DNA from: an uncultured delta proteobacterium
Lineage (GTDB): Bacteria > Desulfobacterota > Desulfomonilia > UBA1062
Assembly (NCBI GenBank): GCA_963752595.1
Contig: CAVVYZ010000017.1
Coordinates: 128,001 to 192,000, forward strand
DNA length: 64,000 bases
Direction: 5' to 3'
The notes beneath the pieces are model-generated. The model was not told the DNA's origin, made no database searches, and was given only the letters and a program-made list of their open reading frames with translations. Shown piece after piece: positions 46,220 through 56,930 of this stretch. A program made the position numbers and the translations under genes. Within the stretch, counting starts at the first letter, position 1. Every line of letters begins with the position of its first letter.

Positions 46220-46846
46220 CTAATTCCTGTATCTCAATCTGTGTCTTGCCAGGCAGATTAAGCCTGATCCCAGAAGAAGCAGCGTGGAAGGCTCTGGAAC
46301 CGTGGAACTATTATACTTAATGTCATCCATGGTAAAAACACGACCTGGAAACTCGAAATCACTGCCGAGACGTTCCACCCAGATTGTCGAAGCCCCAGTG
46401 AAATTTGCCTCCAGGAAACTGGGAGCTTCTGAAAGTGTGGACCATGCACTCAGATTCCCCAGATTATCTCGCAGTCGTATCTGTGTTGCCTGGAACTCGG
46501 TAAACGCACCTTGTGCTAAAGCAAACCATGCTCCATTAAAGAAAACCGGTGCGGCAAAAGAGAAAGACAGATTGTTGGGGCCGAACGCGTTATAAACAAA
46601 ATTGGAGCCTGAATGAGACGTTGCATAAGAAGAATCATCATATACCGACCAGAACCCTGCTTCACCGGTACTCGTTTCATCGCTGGATGTTCCCCAGGTT
46701 AGACCTGCATAGCCGCTGCCGGTCAGATCAGTCCCTCCATTGAGAGTGTCGGGTATCAAATCATCAAAGGTGATCACGATAGCCTGGGCAGGGGATATAA
46801 CGAATACTGCGCAGAGCATGAACAAGAACATTGAAAATCTCTTCAT
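46220..46846 (-). CDS. PEP-CTERM sorting-domain protein
   Basis: Signal peptide AQA-, ITFDD start, MDD, VPEPSTLLLLGSGL plus basic tail. Confidence 0.93.
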   Translation of the reverse strand: MKRFSMFLFMLCAVFVISPAQAIVITFDDLIPDTLNGGTDLTGSGYAGLTWGTSSDETSTGEAGFWSVYDDSSYATSHSGSNFVYNAFGPNNLSFSFAAPVFFNGAWFALAQGAFTEFQATQIRLRDNLGNLSAWSTLSEAPSFLEANFTGASTIWVERLGSDFEFPGRVFTMDDIKYNSSTVPEPSTLLLLGSGLICLARHRLRYRN

Positions 46847-47184
46847 AAAACCTCCTTGAAGTTCTGAACAAATTTTATAATGGAATGCATGATATGCATT
46901 CTTTATTTCAATGTTTTACCTGTACACACATACCCTCATCTTGTGAGAGCCTTGTCTCTATTCTCTTTCGTTAAGTGCTTCTCCACTTAATGGAGTAAGT
47001 ATCCTAGAAATAATTATACAAATGCTTTCTGTTAACTCAATATCATGACGGGATCAGTTATCAATTTTCATAGATACGAATAGCTACCGAGGCTTCACAT
47101 GAGATGCTCGGCGTTCTCTTCCACGATCCGGATTTCAGGAAAGACCAAAGACACATAATAAATTTTTCCGCATAGGGGAATGAT

Positions 47185-48198
47185 TCAGTGGTCAAGGATC
47201 AAATCACTGCACACCATCTGCCACGTGACTAGGGAGATGAAAAAGAAATTGAGGATAAACCCCAGCATACCTAACCTTCTCTGAATTATGGGTAATGAGT
47301 CCTGCAGGCTGGGCACCTTACGAAAAGGTTTCAGGATGCCGACGCCTGCCCCTGAGATAACACCACCAAGGAGCGTACAATAAAGCAGATAGCCTACATA
47401 GGAGTATTCACGCTGCAGGATGCAGAAAGGGCAGTGATGAGTAGGGAGCTCATAAAAATAGAGACAGATGAACGAGATGAGCGCGAGCACTGACACCAGG
47501 AAGAATCCTGTACTCGAGATCGAAAAGATACTTCCCAGCTTGTCGAAACCTCGATAAAAGAGAACGTCCAAACCCAGCGAGATGAATGCTGTTCCGTAGA
47601 AGGTTGCCCGGAGATACCCTACCGGAAGACTTATTATCATGGAAAAAGGACCTCTGCCGTCTGCCTGACCGGCACTGAAGAGGCTTTCACAGCAGGATGT
47701 AATGACATCGGCCTTCAAACTGAGGAAATATGCCCCCTGAAAGGCTGTCTCAGCGAGCATAAGCGGGGCAAGAAAGAGGAGGAACACATATTTTTTCCTG
47801 ATGAGGGGATGATCTCTGGCCCGGCTGTCAACATGGTTCATGACAAGCCAGAGGCCTGCCAGGATGAGGGTCAGGCCTTTTATCCCAAGCGTAAGGTACC
47901 CATACTCGCCGGCATTCAGGCTTCCTGCTGCGCACATTGCCCCGATGAACAGGCTGTGCAGGTTATCGGCAGCATAGATGAACAGAAAGAAAGACAGGAT
48001 CTCGAAGTCGAAGGCATATGCCATCAGTGTGGAAACAAGGTAGGTCCTTTTTTCCAGCGCGAGCTGTCTTTCGCTCCCGCTGTGCAGGTCCCAATGCCAC
48101 ACTATCTGCAGGCCGAACCATGATGCGATCATGATCATCAGGCTTATCAGGAATGAGCCCGAGAGAAGGGCTATGACGACAGGATTAAGGATCATCAT
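47185..48198 (-). CDS. Polytopic membrane protein with Cys/His motifs
   Basis: Many hydrophobic helices; [20 protein letters not shown]. Confidence 0.75.
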   Translation of the reverse strand: MMILNPVVIALLSGSFLISLMIMIASWFGLQIVWHWDLHSGSERQLALEKRTYLVSTLMAYAFDFEILSFFLFIYAADNLHSLFIGAMCAAGSLNAGEYGYLTLGIKGLTLILAGLWLVMNHVDSRARDHPLIRKKYVFLLFLAPLMLAETAFQGAYFLSLKADVITSCCESLFSAGQADGRGPFSMIISLPVGYLRATFYGTAFISLGLDVLFYRGFDKLGSIFSISSTGFFLVSVLALISFICLYFYELPTHHCPFCILQREYSYVGYLLYCTLLGGVISGAGVGILKPFRKVPSLQDSLPIIQRRLGMLGFILNFFFISLVTWQMVCSDLILDH

Positions 48199-48872
48199 CC
48201 ATGCTCCGTAATGAAGCCGTCTCTTATCTCTATGACGTGGTCCACGATTTTTGAGCCATAAACAATGGGGTCGTGGCTTGCAAAGAGGACTATCTTCCCA
48301 CTGTGTTTAAGCTTCTCCATGGTATCCATGAAATCAATGGACAGCTTCGTGTCCAGGTGTGCGGTCGGCTCGTCGGCAATCACGACATCCGGATCATTGA
48401 TCAGTGCTCTGGCAATGGCTACCCTCTGGGCTTCGCCTCCGGACAGCCATTCCACCTTTGCATCTGCCCTGTGGACAATATTCAGCATTACAAAGAGGCG
48501 AAGCGCTCTTTTCTTGAGCGCACGATATCCCTTCCCGGTCGGATAACCGGGAAGCATAACATTCTCCAGGGCCGTAATCCCCCGGATGAGATTCAGCTGC
48601 TGGAAGATGAAACCGAAGGTTTTTCTCCTGATCTCCGTCAGGAACCGCTCGGGAAGGCTGGATATTTCTTCCCCCCTGATGTAGATCCGACCCGCTGTAG
48701 GCTTTGCCATACAGCCGATCAGAGAAAGGAGGGTCGTCTTCCCTGACCCGCTGGGTCCCCTGAATACCATGATACGGCTCCCGTCTATCTCCAGGTTTAC
48801 ATCTCGTAATGCAATGAATTCATTGGGCCTGCCCTTGTTGAACACTTTGGTGACTTTCTCAAGATCTATCAT
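48195..48872 (-). CDS. ABC transporter ATP-binding protein (LolD/MacB-like)
   Basis: [38 protein letters not shown]. Confidence 0.93.
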   Translation of the reverse strand: MIDLEKVTKVFNKGRPNEFIALRDVNLEIDGSRIMVFRGPSGSGKTTLLSLIGCMAKPTAGRIYIRGEEISSLPERFLTEIRRKTFGFIFQQLNLIRGITALENVMLPGYPTGKGYRALKKRALRLFVMLNIVHRADAKVEWLSGGEAQRVAIARALINDPDVVIADEPTAHLDTKLSIDFMDTMEKLKHSGKIVLFASHDPIVYGSKIVDHVIEIRDGFITEHG

Positions 48873-48895
48873 GGCGGCCTTTAAAGAGATCCCTG

Positions 48896-50029
48896 TCAGA
48901 AGCGCATTGCCGAGTCGGGCTCTATGGTTGATGCAAGCCATGACGGGATGATGGTCGCAACCGTGTAGGGTATGACCGTAAGGAAGAGAAGCACTGCTAT
49001 CTCATAGAGATCGATCGCGGGGACAAGCCTGAAATGAGGATACACGACCGCCCACCCTTTCAGAACCGGCTCGAAGAGGGTCGAAGAGGCAAAGAAAACA
49101 TGGATATAGGCAAGGATAATACCTGCAAGGAATGACGACAGAGAGATAATAAGGCCTTCCCATGACTTCAGAGCGATCACCTCGCGGGTATCCCACCCGA
49201 TTGCTTTGAGGATGCCGATCTCCCTTCTCTCTTCCATGCTCAGACTGGTGGCCTTGTCCCAGGCAAAGATCAGGAAGGCCAGGATCGCCCCGGTGAAGAT
49301 GACCAGCAGGATGCCGCTGCGCCATGCGAATGCGGCTTCATACGTCCTCAGGATTTCATCCCGGAGGATCGGCCTCGTGTCAGGGAATAGCCTCAGAATC
49401 TTATGTGCAACCGCGATCCTCTCACGTGCATTCCTGACCTTCATGGTGACATCGGTATAATACGTCTCCGGAATGCCGAAGAGGCCCCTGAAGTCATTCT
49501 CCGACAGTTCGATGAGATCAGCCGACACCAGTTCCGACTCGCTGGAAAACGTATCTACTACCTCAAAGCTCTGGTAGGACCCGTCATGTCCCCGGAGAGC
49601 TATCATATCACCTTCCCCTGCCCCGAGTGCCCTTGCTACACCCTGGCCCATTACAACATTCCCTTCTTCCCGGTCTGTTCTATCGGTTGCAAGAATGGTA
49701 TAGTTGGCGGACAGGGATGCATCGGAATAGTAGGCCCACAAGCGGCCCTGCACATCGGATACACCGGTAATTTTCAGCAGTTCATCTATATAACGGGCAG
49801 GGATCAAAGCCTGCCTCCCGGCAACGAGCCGCTGAACGACAATGTCCGGGCTTCCTTCAAGCACGGCATTCGCCTCTTTCTTGATGGCCTGGGTGAAAAA
49901 GACGATCGAGGCCAGGATAAAAACGATAAGGGTATACACCGCCGTGAGCGCAAGGTTCTTATTCGATCGCCGCATCAGCGACAACAGTGCAAAATCGATT
50001 AAGTATCTTTGCCTTTCAATCCAGATCAT
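48896..50029 (-). CDS. ABC transporter permease (FtsX/LolE/MacB type)
   Basis: One N-terminal TM, large periplasmic domain, [13 protein letters not shown], three C-terminal TMs, P.W.A....P. Confidence 0.9.
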   Translation of the reverse strand: MIWIERQRYLIDFALLSLMRRSNKNLALTAVYTLIVFILASIVFFTQAIKKEANAVLEGSPDIVVQRLVAGRQALIPARYIDELLKITGVSDVQGRLWAYYSDASLSANYTILATDRTDREEGNVVMGQGVARALGAGEGDMIALRGHDGSYQSFEVVDTFSSESELVSADLIELSENDFRGLFGIPETYYTDVTMKVRNARERIAVAHKILRLFPDTRPILRDEILRTYEAAFAWRSGILLVIFTGAILAFLIFAWDKATSLSMEERREIGILKAIGWDTREVIALKSWEGLIISLSSFLAGIILAYIHVFFASSTLFEPVLKGWAVVYPHFRLVPAIDLYEIAVLLFLTVIPYTVATIIPSWLASTIEPDSAMRF

Positions 50030-50324
50030 ATCGGGTCAGGTGAGGCGGCGGCAACATAAGCGCACCGGAAGGAAAATAGTCAAGGGACATCGGGCTGTCC
50101 TGGAAAGAAGAATGGATATCAGCCATTGACGGGTTCCTTGTGTACCGGGCATCGGTGAAGAGGCAGATATCAGTGAGTCTGTAAACTTCGACCAGATGTC
50201 TTTCATCTTTCAGCATTGCTGCCCCGGCTTTTGAACAGATATGGGCGTGAAGGAAAAGGATTGCCAGAATCGTGAGGTTCAAGACAAGGTAGAGCATGAA
50301 AGCATTCGATTTTCTTTGCCGCAT
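50016..50324 (-). CDS. Small membrane-anchored hypothetical protein
   Basis: N-terminal TM; LTD.CL...ARY.R..S......FQD.P...D.FP; tightly packed in the operon. Confidence 0.7.
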   Translation of the reverse strand: MRQRKSNAFMLYLVLNLTILAILFLHAHICSKAGAAMLKDERHLVEVYRLTDICLFTDARYTRNPSMADIHSSFQDSPMSLDYFPSGALMLPPPHLTRYDLD

Positions 50325-50849
50325 TCAGTCGAGACCTCTGATGATTGAAGCCGTGATATCATTGTACCCGAGTGTGGCTTTCCCATGGTGATCGGTCATG
50401 AATTCCCTTGCCTCGGACTCTTTCTCGAAGGGTATGAGTTCTCTACCCATGGGGCCATAGACATCGCTGCCCATGACATAGAAGGCCTTTCTCGCATCAA
50501 TGGGGGTGAGCCGGTAGTACTCGGTCACGTAAAGAGAGGCTATGTCGTCCGGGTTTTTTCCCGGGCTGTACTTGGAAAGGGCATGAAGATACTTGAACAT
50601 ATCCTTTGCTCCGTCAAAGAAGCCGATGCTTGAATCTCTGAAGATTACCCGGGCAAGAAAATCCGGATATTTAAAGATAAACATGCCGCAGACAGGGCAC
50701 TTGTCAGCCTTCCCGGGTTTCCGGAACTCAGAGGTTCCTGCCTGTGCGAGGGAAACCGCCATAAGCATCATGAATCCGATGCACACGGTTCTTTTCATGA
50801 TTATACCCATCCGGATTTTCATCCTTCCCGTGTAAGACCTGTTACCCAC
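50325..50849 (-). CDS. nosL: NosL-family copper chaperone (start uncertain, possibly 50798)
   Basis: CPVCGM, FFDG.KDM, A.YV.GS...GPMG..L.PF.....A..F...H.G. Confidence 0.85.
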   Translation of the reverse strand: MGNRSYTGRMKIRMGIIMKRTVCIGFMMLMAVSLAQAGTSEFRKPGKADKCPVCGMFIFKYPDFLARVIFRDSSIGFFDGAKDMFKYLHALSKYSPGKNPDDIASLYVTEYYRLTPIDARKAFYVMGSDVYGPMGRELIPFEKESEAREFMTDHHGKATLGYNDITASIIRGLD

Positions 50850-50859
50850 ATTGGCCTTC

Positions 50860-51378
50860 CTACATGTTCATTTTCCCCATCTTTTTCATCTTCCTTTTTT
50901 CTCGGATCATCTTTGTGTCCGGATACATGTCATCATACGAGCACTTGATCGCTTCCTCAAAGCCCTGAAGCGCCCCGCCGTTTACCTTGATAAAATCCTC
51001 CGCATCCGCCTTGTTCTCAAAGGCCCACTTTGCTCTCTTGGTCATTACTCCGGGCTTGCTTCCTCCGATAATCCAATAAGCCTTCTCCGTATCAATCAGC
51101 TTCTTAGTCTTGTGGTCCCCCACCTCGATGGATTTGGGCGTTTTGTCCAGGCTCAATGCCAGCTCTACTGCGGCACAGTGCAGGCTGCATGTGCCTGCAG
51201 AAGTTCCGTCGTCATAGGTTATGAGCACCCGGCTGTGCGAGAACAGAGTTCGATCCATGCCGCAGTACTTGCAGGCCTTGTACATGCTCAGATCATCATC
51301 CTGAGCATTGCAGAGGCCCGCAGGCAAGCCGAAAGCAACCATTGCCATCAAGAAAACCATGCTTTTTATCGTTCCCAT
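50860..51378 (-). CDS. nosL: NosL-family copper chaperone, second paralog
   Basis: Signal peptide, CKYCGM, CSLHC, A.W..G....GVM, AF.....AE.F....GG; Met/Lys-rich tail. Confidence 0.85.
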   Translation of the reverse strand: MGTIKSMVFLMAMVAFGLPAGLCNAQDDDLSMYKACKYCGMDRTLFSHSRVLITYDDGTSAGTCSLHCAAVELALSLDKTPKSIEVGDHKTKKLIDTEKAYWIIGGSKPGVMTKRAKWAFENKADAEDFIKVNGGALQGFEEAIKCSYDDMYPDTKMIREKRKMKKMGKMNM

Positions 51379-51483
51379 AATGAAACCTCCTAATGGGGAC
51401 TAGCCGTCCCTTTATTTATTGCCGGAGCATTTCTCCCTGCACCGGCTATGCTCTTCAGTGATCAGTGCCGGTGCTCTATAAGT

Positions 51484-54400
51484 TTACATGACCATCCGCT
51501 GATTCTTCATCTGAGCCCTTCCCCACAGCAGGAATATGGCGGGATAAATAGCCAGCTCAAGGATCGTCGAAGTCACTACCCCGCCGATCATGGGGGCAGC
51601 TATGCGCTTCATGACCTCCGAGCCCATGCCGGTGCTGAACATAATGGGCACCAGACCCGCAAGTATAGTGGTGACGGTCATTACCTTGGGCCTTAGTCTC
51701 CTGACAGCGCCGTGCTTGATCGCCTCTCTGAGGTCAGTATCTGTCTTCAGCCTTCCCTGATCGCGCCACTGCCGGAAAGCCAGATCCAGGTAGAGGAGCA
51801 TGATGACACCCGTCTCTGCATCAAGGCCTGCCAGGGCAATGATCCCCACCCATACGGCTGTACTCATGTTGTAGTTGAGCAGATGGATGAGCCAGAAAGA
51901 GCCCACTAGAGAGAAAGGTACAGCCAGAAACACGATGGCTGTTTTTGTTAATGAGCGGGTATTGAGGTAGATGATGAAAAAGATAATGCACAGCGTGAAT
52001 GGGATAACGACCATTAACCGGCTCTTGGCCTTTTCCATGTATTGGTATTCGCCCCCCCACTCCAGACGATATCCGTCAGGGATCTTGATGCTTGCAATAT
52101 TCTTGTTGACAGCATCGATGTACGAACCTGTGTCGATGCCGGCAAAGTGGATATACACGGAGGCGCTCAGCATGCCCTGCTCGCTTTTGATGAGCGATGG
52201 ACCGTTGGTGATGCGGATATCGGCAAGCTCGCGGATCGGGACTTGGGCAATGGTGCCGATGCTGGGGCCGGAACCGGAGAAATATACAGCAGGGGCACTA
52301 AGCTCAACCGGAACAAGCACCCTGCCGACAGAATCAAGTTCGCCCCGGAATTCCCGTTCGTAGCGGACATTGACAGGATAACGCGCCCTGCCTTCGATGG
52401 TCGTCGTCAGGTTCACGCCGCCGATTGAGGCCTGGATGGCTGAGTTCACATCGTCGACCGTGAGGTTGTACCGTGCCGCCTCATCCCTCTTCACTGTTAT
52501 GTCGAGGTAGTATCCGGTATTGACCTTCTCGGCATATACGGTGACCGTGCCCGGGACCTGCTTGATCAGCTTCTCCAGATCGGTCCCGATACGCTCTATG
52601 GTCGAGAGGTCGGGTCCCAGGATCTTGATCCCCAGAGGTGTCCGGATGCCTGTCGAGAGCATGTCGATGCGTGCCTTGATCGGCGTGGTGAAGGCATTGG
52701 CCAGGCCGGGTATCTGCAATCTCTCGTGCATCTCTTCGACGAGCTTCTGGACCGTCATGCCCGGCCGCCATTCTGACTCGTCCTTCAGGTTTATGACTGT
52801 TTCGAACATCTCCAGAGGGGCCGGATCTGTGGCTGTTTCAGCCCGTCCTGCCTTGCCGAATACCTGTGCCACCTCAGGGATGGCTGCAAGTGTTCCATCT
52901 TGTACCTTGAGCAGATTCGAAACCTCCGAAATGGACACGCCGGGTGCCGTGACCGGCATGTAGAAGATCGAGCCCTCGAAAAGTGGGGGCATGAATTCGG
53001 ACCCTAGTTTCATCACAGGGTACAGGGTAATTGCGATGACGATCAATGCAGCAATGAAAACCTTGTTCGGGTGTTTAAGGCTGAAGCTTACGACCGGCTC
53101 GTAGATCCGTTGGAGCGATCTGTTCAGGGGATTATCATGCTCTGGTCTTAACCGCCCCCTGATGAGGATTGTCATGAGTGCAGGCGTGAGCGTCACTGCA
53201 AGCAGCGATGCCGTGAGCATGGCAAAAGTTTTGGCAAATGCCAGGGGTCTGAAGAGCCGCCCGGCTTGATCCTGCAGGGCAAAAACCGGCAGGAAGGCCA
53301 CGGTAATGACCAGAAGGGCGAAAAAGAGGGAAGGACCCACTTCTGTTATTGCAGAGACGAGCACCTCTGCCCGACTTTCTCTCCGCCCACCCGCCTCCCA
53401 TTCCTCAAGCTTCTTGTGGGCGTTTTCCACCATGATGATTCCTGCATCCACCATGACCCCGATGGTGATCGCAATGCCGCTCATGCTCATGATATTGGAG
53501 GTGACGCCAAAGAAGGAGAGAAACAGGAAGGAAAGGATAATGGCACCCGGTAGTGTGAGGAGTATCACCAGGGCGCTGGGCAGGTGCATGAGGAATATCA
53601 TGCAGACGATGCTCACTGCGATGATGAGCTTGGTTATCTCGTCGCGGAGCGTGCGGATGGATTTCATGATGAGGTCCGACCGATCGTAGGTGGTGATGAT
53701 CTCGACACCGTCCGGCAGGCTGGGCGCGATATCGCGCCCGATCTTCTCCTTCACCCGCTCCAGCACCTTGAGGACGTTCTCGCCGTACCTGACGACTACG
53801 ATCCCGCCTACGACCTCTCCCTTACCGTCTAGATCGGCAATCCCCCTGCGGATCTCGGGCCCGATCTGCACTCTCGCAATGTCGCGGAGGTATATGGGGG
53901 CTCCCCTGCCGTCAGTCCCCAGGGGAACGATCTCCAGATCCCTTGCCTCACGGATGTAGCCCATGCCCCGAACGATGTATTCCGCACCGGAGAACTCTAT
54001 GACCCGCCCCTCTATGTCGTTATTGCTCTTCCTTATGGTTTCGAAGACCCTGGTAATGGGGATTCCGTAGGCCAGGAGGCGGTTCGGATCGATGTTCACC
54101 TGGTACTGCTTGATGAAGCCGCCGATGGTCGCCACCTGGGCAACACCGGGCACGCTTTCCAGCGACAACTTCAGGTTGTAGTCCTGGAGGGAACGCAGTT
54201 CAGACAGGTCCAGAACTCCTTTCCTGTCTTTGATTGCATAGCAGAAGCCCCATCCCACGCTCGATGCATCCGGCCCCAGGAGGGGATTCACCTCTGCCGG
54301 GATTTTACCCTTCACCCCCTGCAGGTACTCAAGGACCCGGCTCCTGGCCCAGTAAATGTCTGTCCCGTCCTCGAAAATGGCATAGATGAAGGAGCTGCCA

Positions 54401-54666
54401 AGAAAGGAGTATCCCCTTACTGCCTGCACCTTAGGCATGGCCAGGAGCGTCGAGCTGATTGGATAGGTGATCTGATCCTCCACCAAGTGTGGGCTTCGGC
54501 CGGTCCATTCGGTGTAAACGATGACCTGTGTATCGCTCAGGTCAGGTAGTGCATCGAGGGCTATCCTGTTCATGGCCCAGATGCCCCAAACAATGACGAG
54601 TGAAATAAACAGCAGGACAGCGACCCGGTTCTTTACACTGAATTCTATGATATGCCTGACCATCAC
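51484..54666 (-). CDS. cusA: CusA/CzcA heavy-metal RND permease
   Basis: DALPDLSDTQV, DIYWARSRVLEYL, GSEFMPPL.EG...YMP, DPAPLEMFET, AETG..M, R.RPK.MT. Confidence 0.95.
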   Translation of the reverse strand: MMVRHIIEFSVKNRVAVLLFISLVIVWGIWAMNRIALDALPDLSDTQVIVYTEWTGRSPHLVEDQITYPISSTLLAMPKVQAVRGYSFLGSSFIYAIFEDGTDIYWARSRVLEYLQGVKGKIPAEVNPLLGPDASSVGWGFCYAIKDRKGVLDLSELRSLQDYNLKLSLESVPGVAQVATIGGFIKQYQVNIDPNRLLAYGIPITRVFETIRKSNNDIEGRVIEFSGAEYIVRGMGYIREARDLEIVPLGTDGRGAPIYLRDIARVQIGPEIRRGIADLDGKGEVVGGIVVVRYGENVLKVLERVKEKIGRDIAPSLPDGVEIITTYDRSDLIMKSIRTLRDEITKLIIAVSIVCMIFLMHLPSALVILLTLPGAIILSFLFLSFFGVTSNIMSMSGIAITIGVMVDAGIIMVENAHKKLEEWEAGGRRESRAEVLVSAITEVGPSLFFALLVITVAFLPVFALQDQAGRLFRPLAFAKTFAMLTASLLAVTLTPALMTILIRGRLRPEHDNPLNRSLQRIYEPVVSFSLKHPNKVFIAALIVIAITLYPVMKLGSEFMPPLFEGSIFYMPVTAPGVSISEVSNLLKVQDGTLAAIPEVAQVFGKAGRAETATDPAPLEMFETVINLKDESEWRPGMTVQKLVEEMHERLQIPGLANAFTTPIKARIDMLSTGIRTPLGIKILGPDLSTIERIGTDLEKLIKQVPGTVTVYAEKVNTGYYLDITVKRDEAARYNLTVDDVNSAIQASIGGVNLTTTIEGRARYPVNVRYEREFRGELDSVGRVLVPVELSAPAVYFSGSGPSIGTIAQVPIRELADIRITNGPSLIKSEQGMLSASVYIHFAGIDTGSYIDAVNKNIASIKIPDGYRLEWGGEYQYMEKAKSRLMVVIPFTLCIIFFIIYLNTRSLTKTAIVFLAVPFSLVGSFWLIHLLNYNMSTAVWVGIIALAGLDAETGVIMLLYLDLAFRQWRDQGRLKTDTDLREAIKHGAVRRLRPKVMTVTTILAGLVPIMFSTGMGSEVMKRIAAPMIGGVVTSTILELAIYPAIFLLWGRAQMKNQRMVM

Positions 54667-55910
54667 TCGCTGCAGCCTTTCAGCTTCGCCTCTGAATCGA
54701 CGAGAAAGACAGGCCTGGCAACGATCCGATCGCCCTGCTGAAGGCCTCCTAAAACTTCCACCAAGGTATCGGTCCTTATGCCCTGCCTGATACGGCGGGC
54801 CTGGAAGAAACCGTCGCCTACATCGACATACACAATCTGCCTTATGCCTGTGTCAAAGACTGCTTCTCTCGGTATGGCGAGCTTTTCACCAAGATCAAGG
54901 ACCATCTCCACATTGGCAAACATCTGGGGCTTCAGGATTTTATCAGGGTTCGGGACGATGAACCTTACCTTGACAGTCCTGGTGTTCCCCGAAAGAGCCG
55001 GATACACGAAGTCGACCTTTACAGAGAAGGCCTTTTCAGGATAGTTGCTCAAACTGATACTTGCTTCCTGGCCCTCCTGAATGGAAACAAGCTCGTATTC
55101 ATACACATCAGCCAGAACCCAGACAGTAGAGAGGTCCACGATATCGAACAGCTTATCCCCGGGGTTGACACGGCTGCCCCTGAACGCGGGCTTCTCGAAT
55201 ATATAGCCGCTGACAGGGCTTCTGACCATGATAGTCCGATATGCATCCCCTTTCTTCTCGAGCCTCTCGATATCCTTGTCCGTGAATCCCCAAAGCTTGA
55301 ACTTCTGCCTGGCCACTTCGACGAGGAGCTCGGGGTCGTAGGTGACAAACCGGCCGTTTGTTCCGTAACGGTCTCCCCACTCGAATTCTATTGTCCGTTG
55401 AAAACGGGGAACCTGATTCTTCCATTTCATCAGATTGAGGTATTCGAGCTGGACAGATGCAGCCTCTGGGCTGTAGATCTCCGCCAGGGGCTCGCCGCGC
55501 CTGACATATTTACCCGAATAGTCGGCATACAGTTTTTCCACCCACCCCTCGTATTTCATGTTTATAGTCGTCAGCTTTCTCTCATCGAATTCGATCCGTC
55601 CTACCGTGCGGATGGTCTTGACCATCCGGCTCCGTGAGACCGCAACGGTCTTGAGCCCGATTAGCTTCTGTCTGTCCGGAAGGATATCGAATGCCGGTGT
55701 CTGCCGAGTGTTAACTTGGTCAGGAACATGAGTCGTTCCTGCCGTATCCAAAGAAACATGATCAGAGGATGCCGGGTTTTCTTTTGAATATATGCGAGGA
55801 GAGGATAAATGCCGGGATGACGAAACATCGCTTTGATGAACACCGAAAATGAGCGCAGCCATAAGAGCGGCAGCAGTGAGTAGAAATACTGCAATAAGAC
55901 CCTTCCGCAT
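54663..55910 (-). CDS. cusB: CusB-type RND periplasmic adaptor
   Basis: G.I..DE, GW.EKL, G.PL..IYSPE, DLS.VW..A.VYE, TRT..VR, L.P.MF, FL.DSE. Confidence 0.92.
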   Translation of the reverse strand: MRKGLIAVFLLTAAALMAALIFGVHQSDVSSSRHLSSPRIYSKENPASSDHVSLDTAGTTHVPDQVNTRQTPAFDILPDRQKLIGLKTVAVSRSRMVKTIRTVGRIEFDERKLTTINMKYEGWVEKLYADYSGKYVRRGEPLAEIYSPEAASVQLEYLNLMKWKNQVPRFQRTIEFEWGDRYGTNGRFVTYDPELLVEVARQKFKLWGFTDKDIERLEKKGDAYRTIMVRSPVSGYIFEKPAFRGSRVNPGDKLFDIVDLSTVWVLADVYEYELVSIQEGQEASISLSNYPEKAFSVKVDFVYPALSGNTRTVKVRFIVPNPDKILKPQMFANVEMVLDLGEKLAIPREAVFDTGIRQIVYVDVGDGFFQARRIRQGIRTDTLVEVLGGLQQGDRIVARPVFLVDSEAKLKGCSE

Positions 55911-55964
55911 GGTTGAACCCCCCTTTAAGCATTACAAAAAGCTTTAAGTTACTGTTCCGACGCT

Positions 55965-56486
55965 TCAGCGTACATCTATCGGAAAGACGACCCGACAAAG
56001 GTCCGCCTGATTGTGTACGATAATCACAATGTTCCAGGGTCCTGTCATGATGAGATCCATTGTTGCCGTATACTCGTCACCTGTCATGTAAGCCGGAATT
56101 GTATAGTTCATCGGGGGCATGCCCGGCATGGGGGGCATGAAATAGTTGATTGTAACAACAGCCCCTCTCACATAATTCCCATGGGCATCTTTGATCCGGA
56201 CCCGGGTTACGTTTTTACCTATGATCGGCGGGTTCCTGTTTATGAAAGCTTCAACCGTATACCCGCCTGCTCTTCGCCTGACCTGGTAATCCCTGGCATC
56301 GGATGCCCCCCGCCCCAAAATCACCATGACCAGAAACACAACGAGACCCGTACGGAGGCCCCACAAGCTACGTTTGGCTTTTATCGCCGGAAAGGGGCGC
56401 TGTGCCCGATAACAATCAGGGGGTCCTACCGAAGGGAAGCAACGGCTCCTCCCGATTAAACCGGCTGATATGTGCGGAACGTTCAT
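55965..56486 (-). CDS. FixH/YtkA-like periplasmic protein with Met-rich motif (true start probably downstream)
   Basis: PP..G.N, MPPMPGMPPM, G.Y......M.G.W. Confidence 0.75.
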   Translation of the reverse strand: MNVPHISAGLIGRSRCFPSVGPPDCYRAQRPFPAIKAKRSLWGLRTGLVVFLVMVILGRGASDARDYQVRRRAGGYTVEAFINRNPPIIGKNVTRVRIKDAHGNYVRGAVVTINYFMPPMPGMPPMNYTIPAYMTGDEYTATMDLIMTGPWNIVIIVHNQADLCRVVFPIDVR

Positions 56487-56513
56487 GATGCGATGCCGGC
56501 TTGAACGCTCAGG

Positions 56514-56891
56514 TCAGGGTACCTGTTTGAGCACCTCGACCCTATCCGCTTTCCGCATCGAGTCGACCCTGGCTTCAATCACATCCCCGATCTTGAGATC
56601 TTTCCCGCTTATCTCACGGTCATTCCGGATGATCTTGGATCCATTCCGGATGTATACTATCTGCGATTTGCCGGCTGGATTCATGATGACCAGTGATCCA
56701 TCCCGTTCGATGAACGTGATCGTTCCCTCCACCTTTGCTGCTTCTTTTCCTGTTGCTGTTCCAGTGCCCGTCGCCTTCATTACTTCCTGTGCCGCTGTCG
56801 TGCTGCCGTCTGAATCAGCAGAAAGAGATGCCGCGCTGATAATGAACACCAGGATAAACAGGGACATGAGAGTCCTCGACCCGAAACCCAT
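56514..56891 (-). CDS. Secreted OB-fold-like hypothetical protein
   Basis: Signal peptide; V.G.I..I......I...DLK.GD.I; strong RBS. Confidence 0.7.
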   Translation of the reverse strand: MGFGSRTLMSLFILVFIISAASLSADSDGSTTAAQEVMKATGTGTATGKEAAKVEGTITFIERDGSLVIMNPAGKSQIVYIRNGSKIIRNDREISGKDLKIGDVIEARVDSMRKADRVEVLKQVP

Positions 56892-56930
56892 AGCTGGTTA
56901 ACCTCCTATTTTTTAAGGTGAAACTACATG

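Noticed and set aside
50325-51378. Nitrous oxide reduction (nos) cluster
   Set aside because: No nosZ, nosD, nosY or nosR/nosB in the window.
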